Shown piece by piece: positions 33,394-42,164 of a stretch of DNA of 64,000 nt. Below the pieces are notes generated by a model. It did not search any database, was not told the DNA's origin, and saw nothing but the letters and a program-made list of their open reading frames with translations. The translations under genes and the position numbers were made by a program. Where the stretch lies: assembly GCA_963771045.1 (NCBI GenBank), contig CAVYRW010000004.1:2225202-2289201 (forward strand), given 5' to 3'. Position 1 is the first letter of the stretch. Every line of letters begins with the position of its first letter. The stretch comes from Waddliaceae bacterium. Its GTDB lineage: Bacteria; Chlamydiota; Chlamydiia; Chlamydiales; SLFE01.

Positions 33394-34258
33394 ATGAATA
33401 TGAAAAAGATCATGACATTCATATTAGGAATTTTGCTCCTTGAGAGCGCCGCTTGCGCGCAGCAGATTTGCTGCGCTATGGAAGCTGCCGTGTATGCCGA
33501 CTACCTCTACTGGAAAGTCTGTAGCACCGATTTGAGTTTTACCGACAGCTCCGATGAAGCCTTCTACAATAATCCGAATTATGATTCCGGCTGGAGGGTT
33601 GGGGGGGCGCATCCAAAAGTGCCGCTGGGACCTTGGCGCTAAATACACCTCCTATAATACGACTAAAAATGCCATCCCTAGCGAGGGGGATTTTGTCGAC
33701 GGCACCCGCGTCCATTTCGATACCGATTGGGACGTCGTGGATATCGAAGCCGGCTACAACCTCAGCTGCGACTGCGACTGGGCCCATTTAAGACCCTTTG
33801 CCGGAGCCAAGCTCGCCTGGATAGACAATAAATTCGAGATTTCGACTCCTCCTAATCTCGATCGCACTAAAATCCATTTTAAGGGCTATGGCCTCTATAC
33901 AGGCCTCGAGGGGCGCTTCTTACTCTTCAATGCTCGAATTTGCAATCAGTACATCCCCATACATCTTTTCGGCCGAGGGAGCATCGCTGTCCTCGACAGC
34001 ACATTCAACCAAACGAACCTTCTATCGGATGAGTCCTCCGAAGAGATCCGAAATTTTCACGACCAGTGCGTTTTCGTTCCTGTTCTGGAAGCCTTTGCCG
34101 GACTAGACATAGGAGGAAGCAACTACTTTTGCCTAAAACCTCATATCCTTGTCGGATATGAGGTCCAAAGCTGGTGGGGAAGACGTTTCAACGATGCCGA
34201 TGGAACGGCGCTGATCGGTATCGGCGGCCTTGTTGCCCGACTGACCCTTGATTATTGA
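33394..34258 (+). pseudogene. cysteine-rich MOMP-like outer-membrane porin, out of frame at a G7 tract
   Basis: The signal peptide MKKIMTFILGILLLESAACA plus ...YDSGWRVGG in ORF 33394-33642 continues in ORF 33554-34258 as RIQKCRWDLGAKYTSY...GGLVARLTLDY. G6 instead of G7 gives one 288-codon reading frame (287 aa plus stop). Confidence 0.7.
33601..33607 (+). repeat. poly-G (G7) homopolymer at the porin frameshift
   Basis: GTT GGGGGGG CGC read directly from the sequence. Confidence 0.95.
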
Positions 34259-34433
34259 TCTAGTTGCGTTTTGCAAGTACATTGATTGTGTGAAATGTCT
34301 GCCGTCCTTCCAAAACCGTTCCCTTCTCTTCTATTTTTTCCTCCATTTCGCAAATGGTGAATTCCATTGATGAAAATAGTTTATTCAATTTTTCTGAAGT
34401 TAAGAAGGTGAGATGATTAAAGATCTTCCATGA

Positions 34434-34805
34434 ATGCTTGCCTCCAAAAAATTCATTGGGCTGCCTTATCGATGAGGAGGAAATTCAAGTTTTGGTTTTG
34501 ACTGTTCTGGATTTGTGCAGACTCTTTTTTTTCAAATGGGCATACAACTTCCAAGAGATGCAGGTTTGCAGTTAAAAGCGGAAAAGGTGAGAGAAATAGC
34601 CCCCCAGCTTCTTAGAAAAAGCGACTTAGTGTTTTTTGGCAAGTCCAAAGAAAGGGTGACTCATGTAGGAATTTATCTTGAAGATAGTCTGTTCATCCAT
34701 TCCGTTACGACGAATAAAAACGGTCCTCATATGATTCAGATAAGCCAGTTAGATGATCCCGAATGGAGACAGCAATTCATTTGCGGCAGAAGAGTGGTTT
34801 TTTAA
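34434..34805 (+). pseudogene. NlpC/P60 (C40) peptidase with in-frame TGA at the conserved Trp
   Basis: MLASKKFIGLPYR*GGNSSFGFDCSGFVQTLFFQMGIQLPRDAGLQ...VTHVGIYL...FIHS. The PY.WGG motif reads PYR-TGA-GG (TGA at 34473-34475). The catalytic Cys (DCSGF) and His (THVGIY) are present. Confidence 0.65.
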
Positions 34806-34816
34806 ACACATAGAAA

Positions 34817-35632
34817 CTAACAGTTCGGTGTGGCAAAAAGATCGAACGTTTTACTCGTTTCAAGATCGCCTTCTGAAAGTGGGCGCATGCTGGATAGGGT
34901 CACATCCGGAACGAAATAAAGTGTGTATTTCATTTCCTTAACAGCATCTGCAAAAGCTTTTTTTTCCTCCAAGCTCAACGTTTTATGAACTTCGACCTGA
35001 AGCGTGGGACGCCACTTTTCGATTAAAGATTTATGCAGCTTGAAGAGGGAAAAGTCGTAGCCTTCGACATCTGTTTTGATGAATGTCCACCTTTCTAATT
35101 CTTTTGAAAAGCGGGTGTTGAGAGCGTTTTCAAGGGAGATGCCCGCCACCTCGACTTCATAGAAGCTTTTCCTCTCTAAAGGAGAATAACACTCGCTATG
35201 CCCCCCATTGCAAAGACCTGGATCACTATAAGAAAATTTAAGTACTTCTTCCTTTTCGGCTGCAGCGGCCTGCATAGGGACGATATTTAAGTAATCCCTG
35301 TTGATTTCAGCATTTTCTCTTAAGACCTTAAAGACAAAAGGATTTGGCTCAAGCGCAAGGCATGTGCCCTCTTTGCCGACAAGATGGGCATAGGGAAGTG
35401 TCGTATCGCCGACATGCGCGCCTATATCGATGACAAAATCTCCAGGCCGTATCCATTTTTTTAAAACGTCAATATCCTCAAACCGTGGAAGGACATTTTT
35501 GGTTTTAGGATGCTGCCATTCCGACCATTTGAGGTGGGTGAAGTTCTCCGCCAAAATGGGCTTTGTTACAGATTTATAGGTCTTTTGTTTAGGTCTAAAA
35601 CCAAAAAGGCGCAACCATTCTTTAAGCTTCAT
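34817..35632 (-). CDS. FkbM-family methyltransferase
   Basis: FVIDIGAHVGDTTLPYA plus a C-terminal FkbM-like region. The probable start is MKLKEWL at 35632; the ORF track extends to 35734. Confidence 0.65.
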   Translation of the reverse strand: MKLKEWLRLFGFRPKQKTYKSVTKPILAENFTHLKWSEWQHPKTKNVLPRFEDIDVLKKWIRPGDFVIDIGAHVGDTTLPYAHLVGKEGTCLALEPNPFVFKVLRENAEINRDYLNIVPMQAAAAEKEEVLKFSYSDPGLCNGGHSECYSPLERKSFYEVEVAGISLENALNTRFSKELERWTFIKTDVEGYDFSLFKLHKSLIEKWRPTLQVEVHKTLSLEEKKAFADAVKEMKYTLYFVPDVTLSSMRPLSEGDLETSKTFDLFATPNC

Positions 35633-35760
35633 AGTGTTGTAAAGTATGCTCAAAAATCGAAATGAATGCAAGTTAAGAACAAAGACCCTTTCGAATCTCT
35701 GAGATAGACCCCATACACAAAAATCTCTAACCAACTCATTTTATAAAACTTAAACACTTA

Positions 35761-35801
35761 CCCAAAGACGGGATCGAACCGCTGACCTCCGCATTACGAA
35801 T
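35761..35801 (-). repeat. 41-nt duplicate of the 3' half of tRNA-Thr (att-like direct repeat)
   Basis: CCCAAAGACGGGATCGAACCGCTGACCTCCGCATTACGAAT is identical, bar one mismatch, to 37388-37428 of the intact tRNA-Thr gene, in the same orientation. Confidence 0.85.
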
Positions 35802-35993
35802 AATGAGAAGCAACAATTCTCACAAAAATCTACCGAAAACCACAACACATTACTATCAATGCGATGCAGAAGTGGCTGTATTGCTTCAAATTGTGAGATT
35901 AACGTGATTATTCGAAATTATGGGGGAATTCTAGGGGATTTAAATAAAAAATTAAACCACACAACAAGCGACATATTTACACAGGGAAATTGC

Positions 35994-36344
35994 ATGAACG
36001 AAATTGCGACGCAATCCCCTGACTTTAGCTATGGGGTAAAGGAGCGCTATTAAATTAACTTTTCGTATTTAGGGAAACCCCTAAAATGTGTTAAACTTGT
36101 AGACAACAAGTTACAGTCGGTAACGTCGCCAAAGCAAATGTCCCACAAGACGGCTTGGCGAAAGCCAAGTTTGGTAACCATCCCGGCGTATTGTGAGTTT
36201 TAGAAATGTATATGCTTGTTTTAGTTTCTAAGATGGCTTCGGAACGAGGCTCGAGCGCGATAGAATCGCCCAATAACTTTTCCGCCAATTGGCCGTTAAG
36301 CTCTGTTGCTGGAATCCTCTGGTTTTAACCATGGGGAGGTTCAA
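35994..36344 (+). mobile_element. miniature (non-autonomous) IS200/IS605-family derivative
   Basis: The LE (TGAACGAAATTGCGACGCAATCCCCTGACTTTAGCTATGGGG) and RE (GGAATCCTCTGGTTTTAACCATGGGGAGGTTCAA) are homologous to the full element at 10535-12109. A tnpB-3'-like GGAACGAGGCTCGAG segment is retained. There is no transposase ORF. Confidence 0.75.
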
Positions 36345-37304
36345 ATGGCTAAATCACTATCTTTAGCTTTTGATGTTTCTGCAGAACTATTTCTTAACTT
36401 ACAACAAGCATACGATTTGGCAAAATCTGACCTACCAGATGAAACGATTCTTACTAGAAAAGAATTTCAGGCACATTATCCTGCTCGAGAGATGATAAAA
36501 CGAGGTTGGATAAATGATGTTAAGGAGCCAATTCGTCTTGAAAAAGAGTTGGTAAAGTTTTTTAATGTCAGCTCATTTGAAGAAATACCCCATCTCCCTC
36601 ACGCTGCTAAAAAAACATGTTATAATACAATGCCCCCAGCACAAGTAGCATGGCTGTTTAGAGCAAAAAATTTAGCTCAAAAAATTAAGGTTCAAAATTA
36701 TAGTGAGAGTAAATTTAAAAATCTTGTAAGAGATCTATCTAAATTGCTTGACAAACCTAAATCAATTGGTAAGATACCCTCTCTTTTTGCAAAAGCTGGT
36801 ATTAGGCTAGTGTTTGTAGAGCCTCTCAAAGGAGCAAAAATTGATGGAGCATGTTTATGGCTAGATGCCTCTTCTCCAGTTGTAGCTCTTTCTTTAAGAT
36901 TTGATCGTATAGATAATTTTTGGTTTTGTTTGTTTCATGAAATGGGACACGTTAAATACAATGATGGCAAGTCTAAGGTCATTATTGATGTTGACCTTGA
37001 AAATACAAAAGATTCAAAAGGAAATATTACCGATAAAATTGAGAAGAGGGCTAACAATTTTGCAACGGAAAATATTTTACCAGATAGAGATTTAAAGGGG
37101 TTTATTTCTATATCAAACCGCTTCTATTCAAAAAAAGCAATTGAAGATTTTGCTGAACAAAAACAGAGACACCCTGGCTTAATCGTTGGTAGGCTACATC
37201 ATTTGAAGGAAATCCCCCTTTCTCATCATCGAAAATTTCTAGTCAAAGTACGCCACCGATTTGAAAGTGACGCTGTTATCGATGGGTGGGGAAGAATACT
37301 TTAA
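36345..37304 (+). CDS. ImmA/IrrE-family metallopeptidase with a truncated N-terminal HTH (HigA/XRE-like)
   Basis: HEMGH zinc motif. The N-terminus LSLAFDVSAELFLNLQQAYDL is the last helix of an XRE/HigA HTH, and the ATG abuts the IS right end. ORF-track residues before 36345 are read-through of the IS end. Confidence 0.65.
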   Translation: MAKSLSLAFDVSAELFLNLQQAYDLAKSDLPDETILTRKEFQAHYPAREMIKRGWINDVKEPIRLEKELVKFFNVSSFEEIPHLPHAAKKTCYNTMPPAQVAWLFRAKNLAQKIKVQNYSESKFKNLVRDLSKLLDKPKSIGKIPSLFAKAGIRLVFVEPLKGAKIDGACLWLDASSPVVALSLRFDRIDNFWFCLFHEMGHVKYNDGKSKVIIDVDLENTKDSKGNITDKIEKRANNFATENILPDRDLKGFISISNRFYSKKAIEDFAEQKQRHPGLIVGRLHHLKEIPLSHHRKFLVKVRHRFESDAVIDGWGRIL

Positions 37305-37385
37305 TTTGTCGGTTATATTCCCCCATGAATTCCCCAAATGAATAGATTAAGTTCAAGGCAACTCTGTAAACCTCTAATAACCAAT

Positions 37386-37458
37386 TGCCCAAAGACGGGA
37401 TCGAACCGCCGACCTCCGCATTACGAATGCGCTGCTCTACCAACTGAGCTATTTGGGC
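37386..37458 (-). tRNA. tRNA-Thr (anticodon CGU)
   Basis: The reverse complement GCCCAAATAGCTCAGTTGGTAGAGCAGCGCATTCGTAATGCGGAGGTCGGCGGTTCGATCCCGTCTTTGGGCA folds as a cloverleaf. The acceptor GCCCAAA pairs with TTTGGGC, the T-arm is GGCGG/CCGTC and the anticodon loop is TTCGTAA. CCA is not encoded. Confidence 0.85.
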
Positions 37459-37561
37459 GTGTGATGGCCGATTGTACAAAAAAATAAAATAAATATGTCA
37501 AACTAAATGACATAAGGGGCAGTTGCAAAAAATTAAAGCCAATTGGCATTGTTGGTAGTGT

Positions 37562-38086
37562 ATGGTTAAATATTGCCTCATTCTTATCCTCCTTTTGAAT
37601 TTTGGCTGGGCTGATGATGCCGGCTACAAAAAACTCCAGTGTCAAAAACTCGACTGCTTCACCTTCAACGGCTTTCTGGAAACCTACAAAACCGACTTCA
37701 AAGAATTTTTGGAAGTGGACGGACATCTTACCGCCGACAAGTCCCGCTTCCTCCAGCTGGAAGTCAACGGCGAAACCAACCTCCACGAGTGCATCCTCTA
37801 TGGCCCGGGAACCATACGCGGCAAACTCACCGCCAGACACAGCGTCTTTGAAGGACCCCTGGAAGCGACCGCAAAAGAGGTGGTCTTTGCCAGATGCCTT
37901 GTAAACGATATCACAATCAATCCCGTAGGCAATTTTAATGAACCCCAAATCGTCAAAATCAGCCGGGGATCTGTCATTTATGGCAATATCGTTTTTGAGT
38001 CGAAAGGAGGCGAGGTTCACCTCTCCAGAGACAGCCGCATCCTAGGTGGCGTCGTAGGGGGGACAATTTGTCCTTTTGTGGAATGA
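37562..38086 (+). CDS. hypothetical secreted protein (possibly bactofilin-like beta-helix)
   Basis: 174 aa. A signal-like N-terminus is followed by repetitive short beta-strand segments (G.L.A....F.G.L.A). The family assignment is tentative. Confidence 0.4.
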   Translation: MVKYCLILILLLNFGWADDAGYKKLQCQKLDCFTFNGFLETYKTDFKEFLEVDGHLTADKSRFLQLEVNGETNLHECILYGPGTIRGKLTARHSVFEGPLEATAKEVVFARCLVNDITINPVGNFNEPQIVKISRGSVIYGNIVFESKGGEVHLSRDSRILGGVVGGTICPFVE

Positions 38087-38685
38087 TGGACAAACCCTGT
38101 GTCGCAGCTTTCGACTTTGACGGAACAATAACAACAAGAGATGCTTTCATGCCTTTTGCTTTGTTTGTCGCCGGCCCGAAAAAGTGGCTCGCAAACCTTG
38201 CTCGATTAATTCCCGCGGCAACCCTCTTCCTCGTAGGGAAAATCTCCCGTCAGGATCTTAAAGAAAAAACAATTACCCTCTTTTTTAAAGGGTTTGCCTA
38301 CAAAGATCTGCTTGGCTATGCCGAAGAGTTCGCCGCCGAAGTCCTTCCCCGCCTAGTCAAAAAGAAAGCCCTCGATACCCTTAAGTGGCATCAAGAACAA
38401 GGGCACCGCATAGTCATCATCAGCGCCTCGCCGGAAATTTACCTCATCCCCTGGGGAAAAAAGATAGGAGCCCATGATATTCTCGCTTCAAAGCTTGAGG
38501 TGGGCAGAGAAGGAGAAATTACCGGAAAACTTTCAGGACCGAATTGCCGGGGCCTTGAAAAAGTAAAAAGGCTTAAAGAACTACTGGGATCGGAAAAGAC
38601 CTACGAGCTCTTTGCCTATGGCGACAGCCGGGGAGACAAAGAACTTCTCGCTTTTGCCGACCACAGTTATTTCAGAAAAATATGA
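38083..38685 (+). CDS. HAD-IB family hydrolase (phosphoserine phosphatase-like)
   Basis: Motifs AAFDFDGTITTRD, IISASPE and YGDSRGDKELL. Confidence 0.75.
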   Translation: MMDKPCVAAFDFDGTITTRDAFMPFALFVAGPKKWLANLARLIPAATLFLVGKISRQDLKEKTITLFFKGFAYKDLLGYAEEFAAEVLPRLVKKKALDTLKWHQEQGHRIVIISASPEIYLIPWGKKIGAHDILASKLEVGREGEITGKLSGPNCRGLEKVKRLKELLGSEKTYELFAYGDSRGDKELLAFADHSYFRKI

Positions 38686-38705
38686 AATGATGTTTAATAG
38701 GTGCT

Positions 38706-40160
38706 ATGCCTGACGACAAGCCCAACATCAAGATCGCCCCTAATTCCAAAGAATCGGAAATGATGGTTCTCGGCTGCATGCTGACGAGCATCAACAGCCT
38801 CAATATCGCCTCCGACCTCCTAAGTGATACAGACTTCTACTTCAACGAACATAAAACGATCTTTTCGCTTCTGAAGGAAGCCTATAAAAAAGACAGGCCT
38901 GTCGATGTGCACATTCTCTGCGAAGACCTCAAAAAGGCCGGCAAGCTAGAAGGTGTCGGCGGAGCCGCCTATATCACCACACTCGCTCAATATGCCGGAA
39001 CATCGGCATATATCGAAGAATATTCCGAGATTGTCCGCAACAAGTCCATTCTCCGCCAGATGATCACCGCAGCCCAGACAATTGAAAGAACAGCTCTCAA
39101 GGATCCCAATGACGTCTACGAAACACTAGATGATGCCCAAAGGCATTTTTTTCAGATCAGCCAAACCGCTTCCCGGGATATGGGCGTTCACATCAAAGAT
39201 ATTTTATCCGGACTCAAATCGGACTCGGGAGAGCCTTATCTGAAAGCCCTGCAGGAAAGGCAGGAACGTTTTCAGGAGCTCGGAGAAGGCGAGATCGGCA
39301 TATCGGGAATTCCAACGCATTTTGTCGATCTTGACGAAATGATCCACGGCTTTCACAATTCCAACCTCATGATTCTCGCCGCCCGCCCTGCCATGGGCAA
39401 GACGGCCCTGGCTTTGAACCTGGCGGAAAACCTGTGTTTTAAAAACGGCGTCCCCGTCGGCATCTTCTCGCTTGAAATGAGCGCTGAACAGCTTGTTCAC
39501 AGGATGATCTGCTCTCAGGCCGAGGTGGAGTCGAGCAAGATCCGTACAGGATCTTTGAACGGGATCGACTTCCAGCGGATCGTCGCCTGCGTCAATGAAA
39601 TTCAGGACCACCCCTTGATTATCGACGATCAACCGGGACTTAAGATTACCGATCTCAGAGCGCGCGCCAGGCGGATGAAAGAGAGCCACAATATCGGCTT
39701 TCTTGTCATCGACTACCTGCAGTTGATCTCGGGATCAGGATCTTCACGATCGATGGAAAACCGCCAGATCGAAATTTCCGAAATCTCCCGCCTTCTCAAA
39801 AACCTGGCCCGTGAGCTCGACATTCCCATATTGTGCCTCTCGCAACTCTCGCGAAAAGTCGAAGAGAGGGCCGGCCACCGTCCCATGATGAGCGACTTGA
39901 GAGAGAGCGGCAGCATCGAGCAAGACAGCGATATTGTCATGTTTCTTCTTCGCCGCGAATACTACGACCCCAACGACAAGCCCGGCATGGCTGAACTTAT
40001 CGTGGCCAAGAACCGTCACGGCGCCATTGGCAATGTCAACTTTACCTTCCGCAAGGAAATCGCCCAATTCAACAACTATACGCCTATGAAAGCCCCCTTG
40101 GCAGAACAAATCGATGCCCATGAGACGGAAAAAGCCTTCAGCGATTTCACCCCCTCATAA
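38706..40160 (+). CDS. dnaB: replicative DNA helicase
   Basis: 484 aa with SKESEMMVLGCML, Walker A AARPAMGKTALALN and IDYLQLI. Confidence 0.9.
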   Translation: MPDDKPNIKIAPNSKESEMMVLGCMLTSINSLNIASDLLSDTDFYFNEHKTIFSLLKEAYKKDRPVDVHILCEDLKKAGKLEGVGGAAYITTLAQYAGTSAYIEEYSEIVRNKSILRQMITAAQTIERTALKDPNDVYETLDDAQRHFFQISQTASRDMGVHIKDILSGLKSDSGEPYLKALQERQERFQELGEGEIGISGIPTHFVDLDEMIHGFHNSNLMILAARPAMGKTALALNLAENLCFKNGVPVGIFSLEMSAEQLVHRMICSQAEVESSKIRTGSLNGIDFQRIVACVNEIQDHPLIIDDQPGLKITDLRARARRMKESHNIGFLVIDYLQLISGSGSSRSMENRQIEISEISRLLKNLARELDIPILCLSQLSRKVEERAGHRPMMSDLRESGSIEQDSDIVMFLLRREYYDPNDKPGMAELIVAKNRHGAIGNVNFTFRKEIAQFNNYTPMKAPLAEQIDAHETEKAFSDFTPS

Positions 40161-40333
40161 ATTCCTGACTTGCCAAAAAGACTGCATCTTCAAAAAGTAT
40201 GGGCTTTATACCGGATCTGAGGCCCATTTGCTTATATTTAATAACCAGGTCCACAAATTATCTGGAAATATTAGGTAGCGCACTTAAAAGATTTTTTCTT
40301 GTATTTAGTTCTTCTGACTGCAGAGGAAAAAAT

Positions 40334-40505
40334 ATGGCTCGAACAATACTGACAGATGAATTGTGGGAAAAATCCACCCTTTGCTTCCACCTGAATCAGA
40401 ATACTGGGGAGACCATCTAAATCTCATAGGACCGTTTTAGAGGGGATACTCTGGATATTTAAAGCAGGTGATCTCCCTCCTGAATGAGGTGGATTCTTTC
40501 AATGA
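40334..40505 (+). pseudogene. remnant of a second IS5-family (IS427-like) transposase orfA
   Basis: MARTILTDELWEK.. then, across frame breaks, LLPPESEYWG, HRTVLEGILWIFKAG and DLPPE. These are N-terminal motifs of IS427-group OrfA. The remnant is truncated before the intact IS. Confidence 0.55.
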
Positions 40506-40625
40506 GATTTTTGTGACTGCCGAAGCGTAGAGATCGAAGGAAACTTAGTCAAGTTTCCGAGATCGAACAAAATGGCAGTTGCGAAAAGATCGAGTCTCAC
40601 CCATCAATACAAAGTTGATAGGGTA

Positions 40626-41488
40626 CTAGGGGACGTCTTCAAAATTGCAACCACACCAAAACACATGCTAAAACCACCATGGCCCTGTAAAACTCTATCT
40701 TTGCCTCGTACCGAGTGGCCACACGGCGGTAATGCTTAATCCGCCCAAAAAAATTCTCTATAAGATGACGCTCCTTATATAGATGCTTGTCATAAATGAT
40801 TTCCTCTCTGCGACAAGAACGTCCTGGAATAACAGTAGATCGTCCACTATTTCGAATTAGATCTCTCAATGAATTACTATCGTAACCTTTGTCCGCAATA
40901 ACGTTTTCTGATTCCTTTCCAGACAAAAGTCGTTCTGCTTGACTGATGTCATGGCAGTTTCCCTCTGTGATGTGTAAATCGATCGGCAAACCAAGAGCAT
41001 CTACTACCGCATGAATTTTAGTTGTTCTGCCTCCCCGAGATTTGCCTATTCCCTGCTCTGATTGCGTAACCTTTTTGATCACAAACGTGGCGTGTTGGTG
41101 GACACGCACGATAGTCGCATCGATCATATGTGATTCGTCGTCCGACTCTTTTTTTTTAAGATTCCCCAAATTTTTTCCCATACTCCATTTAGCGACCATC
41201 GCCTAAAGCGAGTGTATACCGTCTTCCATTTTCCGAAATCTTGAGGCAAATCTCTCCAAGGTGCCCCTGTTCGCAAAATCCATAGCACGCCTTCAATCAC
41301 TGTGCGGTTGTCTTTAGGAGGACGTCCTCTCAGAATTTCCAGCGGGAATTGCTGGTCTTTTTTTGAGGTAGAAAGGGTTTTATCTTTTCCCAATCCTTAT
41401 CGGTCAAAATCGTTCTTGTCATTAGTTGCTCCCATTGTTGAAAAAGGAGTACTTATATCACAATTTTAATTTTGAAGACGTCCCCTAG
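40626..41488 (-). mobile_element. IS5-family (IS427-group-like) insertion sequence
   Basis: Perfect 21-bp terminal inverted repeats, CTAGGGGACGTCTTCAAAATT (40626-40646) and AATTTTGAAGACGTCCCCTAG (41468-41488). The outer CTAG may be a duplicated target rather than IR. Confidence 0.8.
40639..41422 (-). CDS. IS427-like transposase (orfA/orfB, -1 frameshift at an A-run), with an extra N-terminal frame break
   Basis: MTRTILTDKDWEKIKPFLPQKK.. / ..RGRPPKDNRTVIEGVLWILRTGAPWRDLPQDFGKWKTVYTRFRRW...ILKKK then -1 at TTAAAAAAAAAG into ESDDESHMIDATIVRVHQHA...DKGYDS...YKERHLIENFFGRIKHYRRVATRYEK-type DDE blocks. The first ~25 codons are in a different frame from the rest of orfA. Confidence 0.75.
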
Positions 41489-42053
41489 CATTCTCCTAAG
41501 CGGGATAGTTTTTTAAAATTTCACCAATGATATTTACGCGACTTTTCGCATACCATTCTCCATGCCGGGCTAAAATCACTGAGGCGAACAAGATTAGGTC
41601 ACAATCACGGGTACAAATACAGGAAAATTATACTTTGAAAAATAAAATAAACCAAGTTACTTAAGTATATTAGAAGAATTAAAACAAATTTTTACCGCCC
41701 AATTCCACTCTTCCCCCGACTCTATGGTAGAAAAATTCATAGCAGACGTATTAAGATTAAAAGAAATAGATTAGCTGATTATATCTTTTAGGTACGCTAC
41801 CTAGGAAACGGATTTCTTATCCTTGTCTGAAGGAAAAACAGTAGTTAGCTTGTAATCGGACACGCACGCGAGCTTCCTCTTATCAAAACTTTTTAATGAA
41901 ATCGTCCTGATTTAAGGAATGATTTAATGATTCTGAAAGCTCTTGGACCCTGATTGGAGCCATCTGAAAATAATCAATTTCATTCATTGTTTACTTTATA
42001 TCCTCAATCCTTTAATATTCTTCCTATATGTTCATGATTGAAACGGAGAAAAC

Positions 42054-42146
42054 ATGTCCTCAGTAAAAAAGAAACGGCGCAAAAAGATCGCCAAGCACAA
42101 GCGGAAAAAACGCAGCCGCCGCGATCGTCACAAGACTAAAAAATAA
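42054..42146 (+). CDS. 30-aa highly basic peptide (AURKAIP1/COX24-domain-like small protein)
   Basis: Below the ORF-track cutoff. GGAGA lies 5 nt before the ATG. The peptide MSSVKKKRRKKIAKHKRKKRSRRDRHKTKK is the kind of short Lys/Arg peptide annotated this way in many bacterial genomes. Confidence 0.5.
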   Translation: MSSVKKKRRKKIAKHKRKKRSRRDRHKTKK

Positions 42147-42164
42147 AAATTAATCTAATATCCA

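Noticed and set aside
6827-34475. Possible TGA-to-Trp recoding (genetic code 4-like), because in-frame TGAs sit at conserved Trp positions in the RT remnant and in NlpC/P60.
   Set aside because: TGA is used as a genuine stop in clearly intact genes (e.g. aroA and the RasGAP-like gene), and Trp is encoded by TGG throughout (e.g. aroC TTWGESHG). Both affected genes show other signs of decay or sit in accessory DNA. Simple TGG to TGA nonsense mutations are the more economical explanation.
36306-36344. The N-terminal 13 residues (MLESSGFNHGEVQ) of ORF 36306-37304.
   Set aside because: These codons are the right-end hairpin of the mini IS605 element; the same GFSHGEVQ reading occurs at the RE of the full IS. 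The biologically meaningful ORF starts at or after 36345.
37421-38020. The 199-aa minus-strand ORF overlapping tRNA-Thr and the 174-aa plus-strand gene.
   Set aside because: It runs through a tRNA gene and is antisense to an ORF with a signal peptide and a sensible start. The mirrored composition suggests a shadow ORF. Confidence in the plus-strand gene is itself only moderate.
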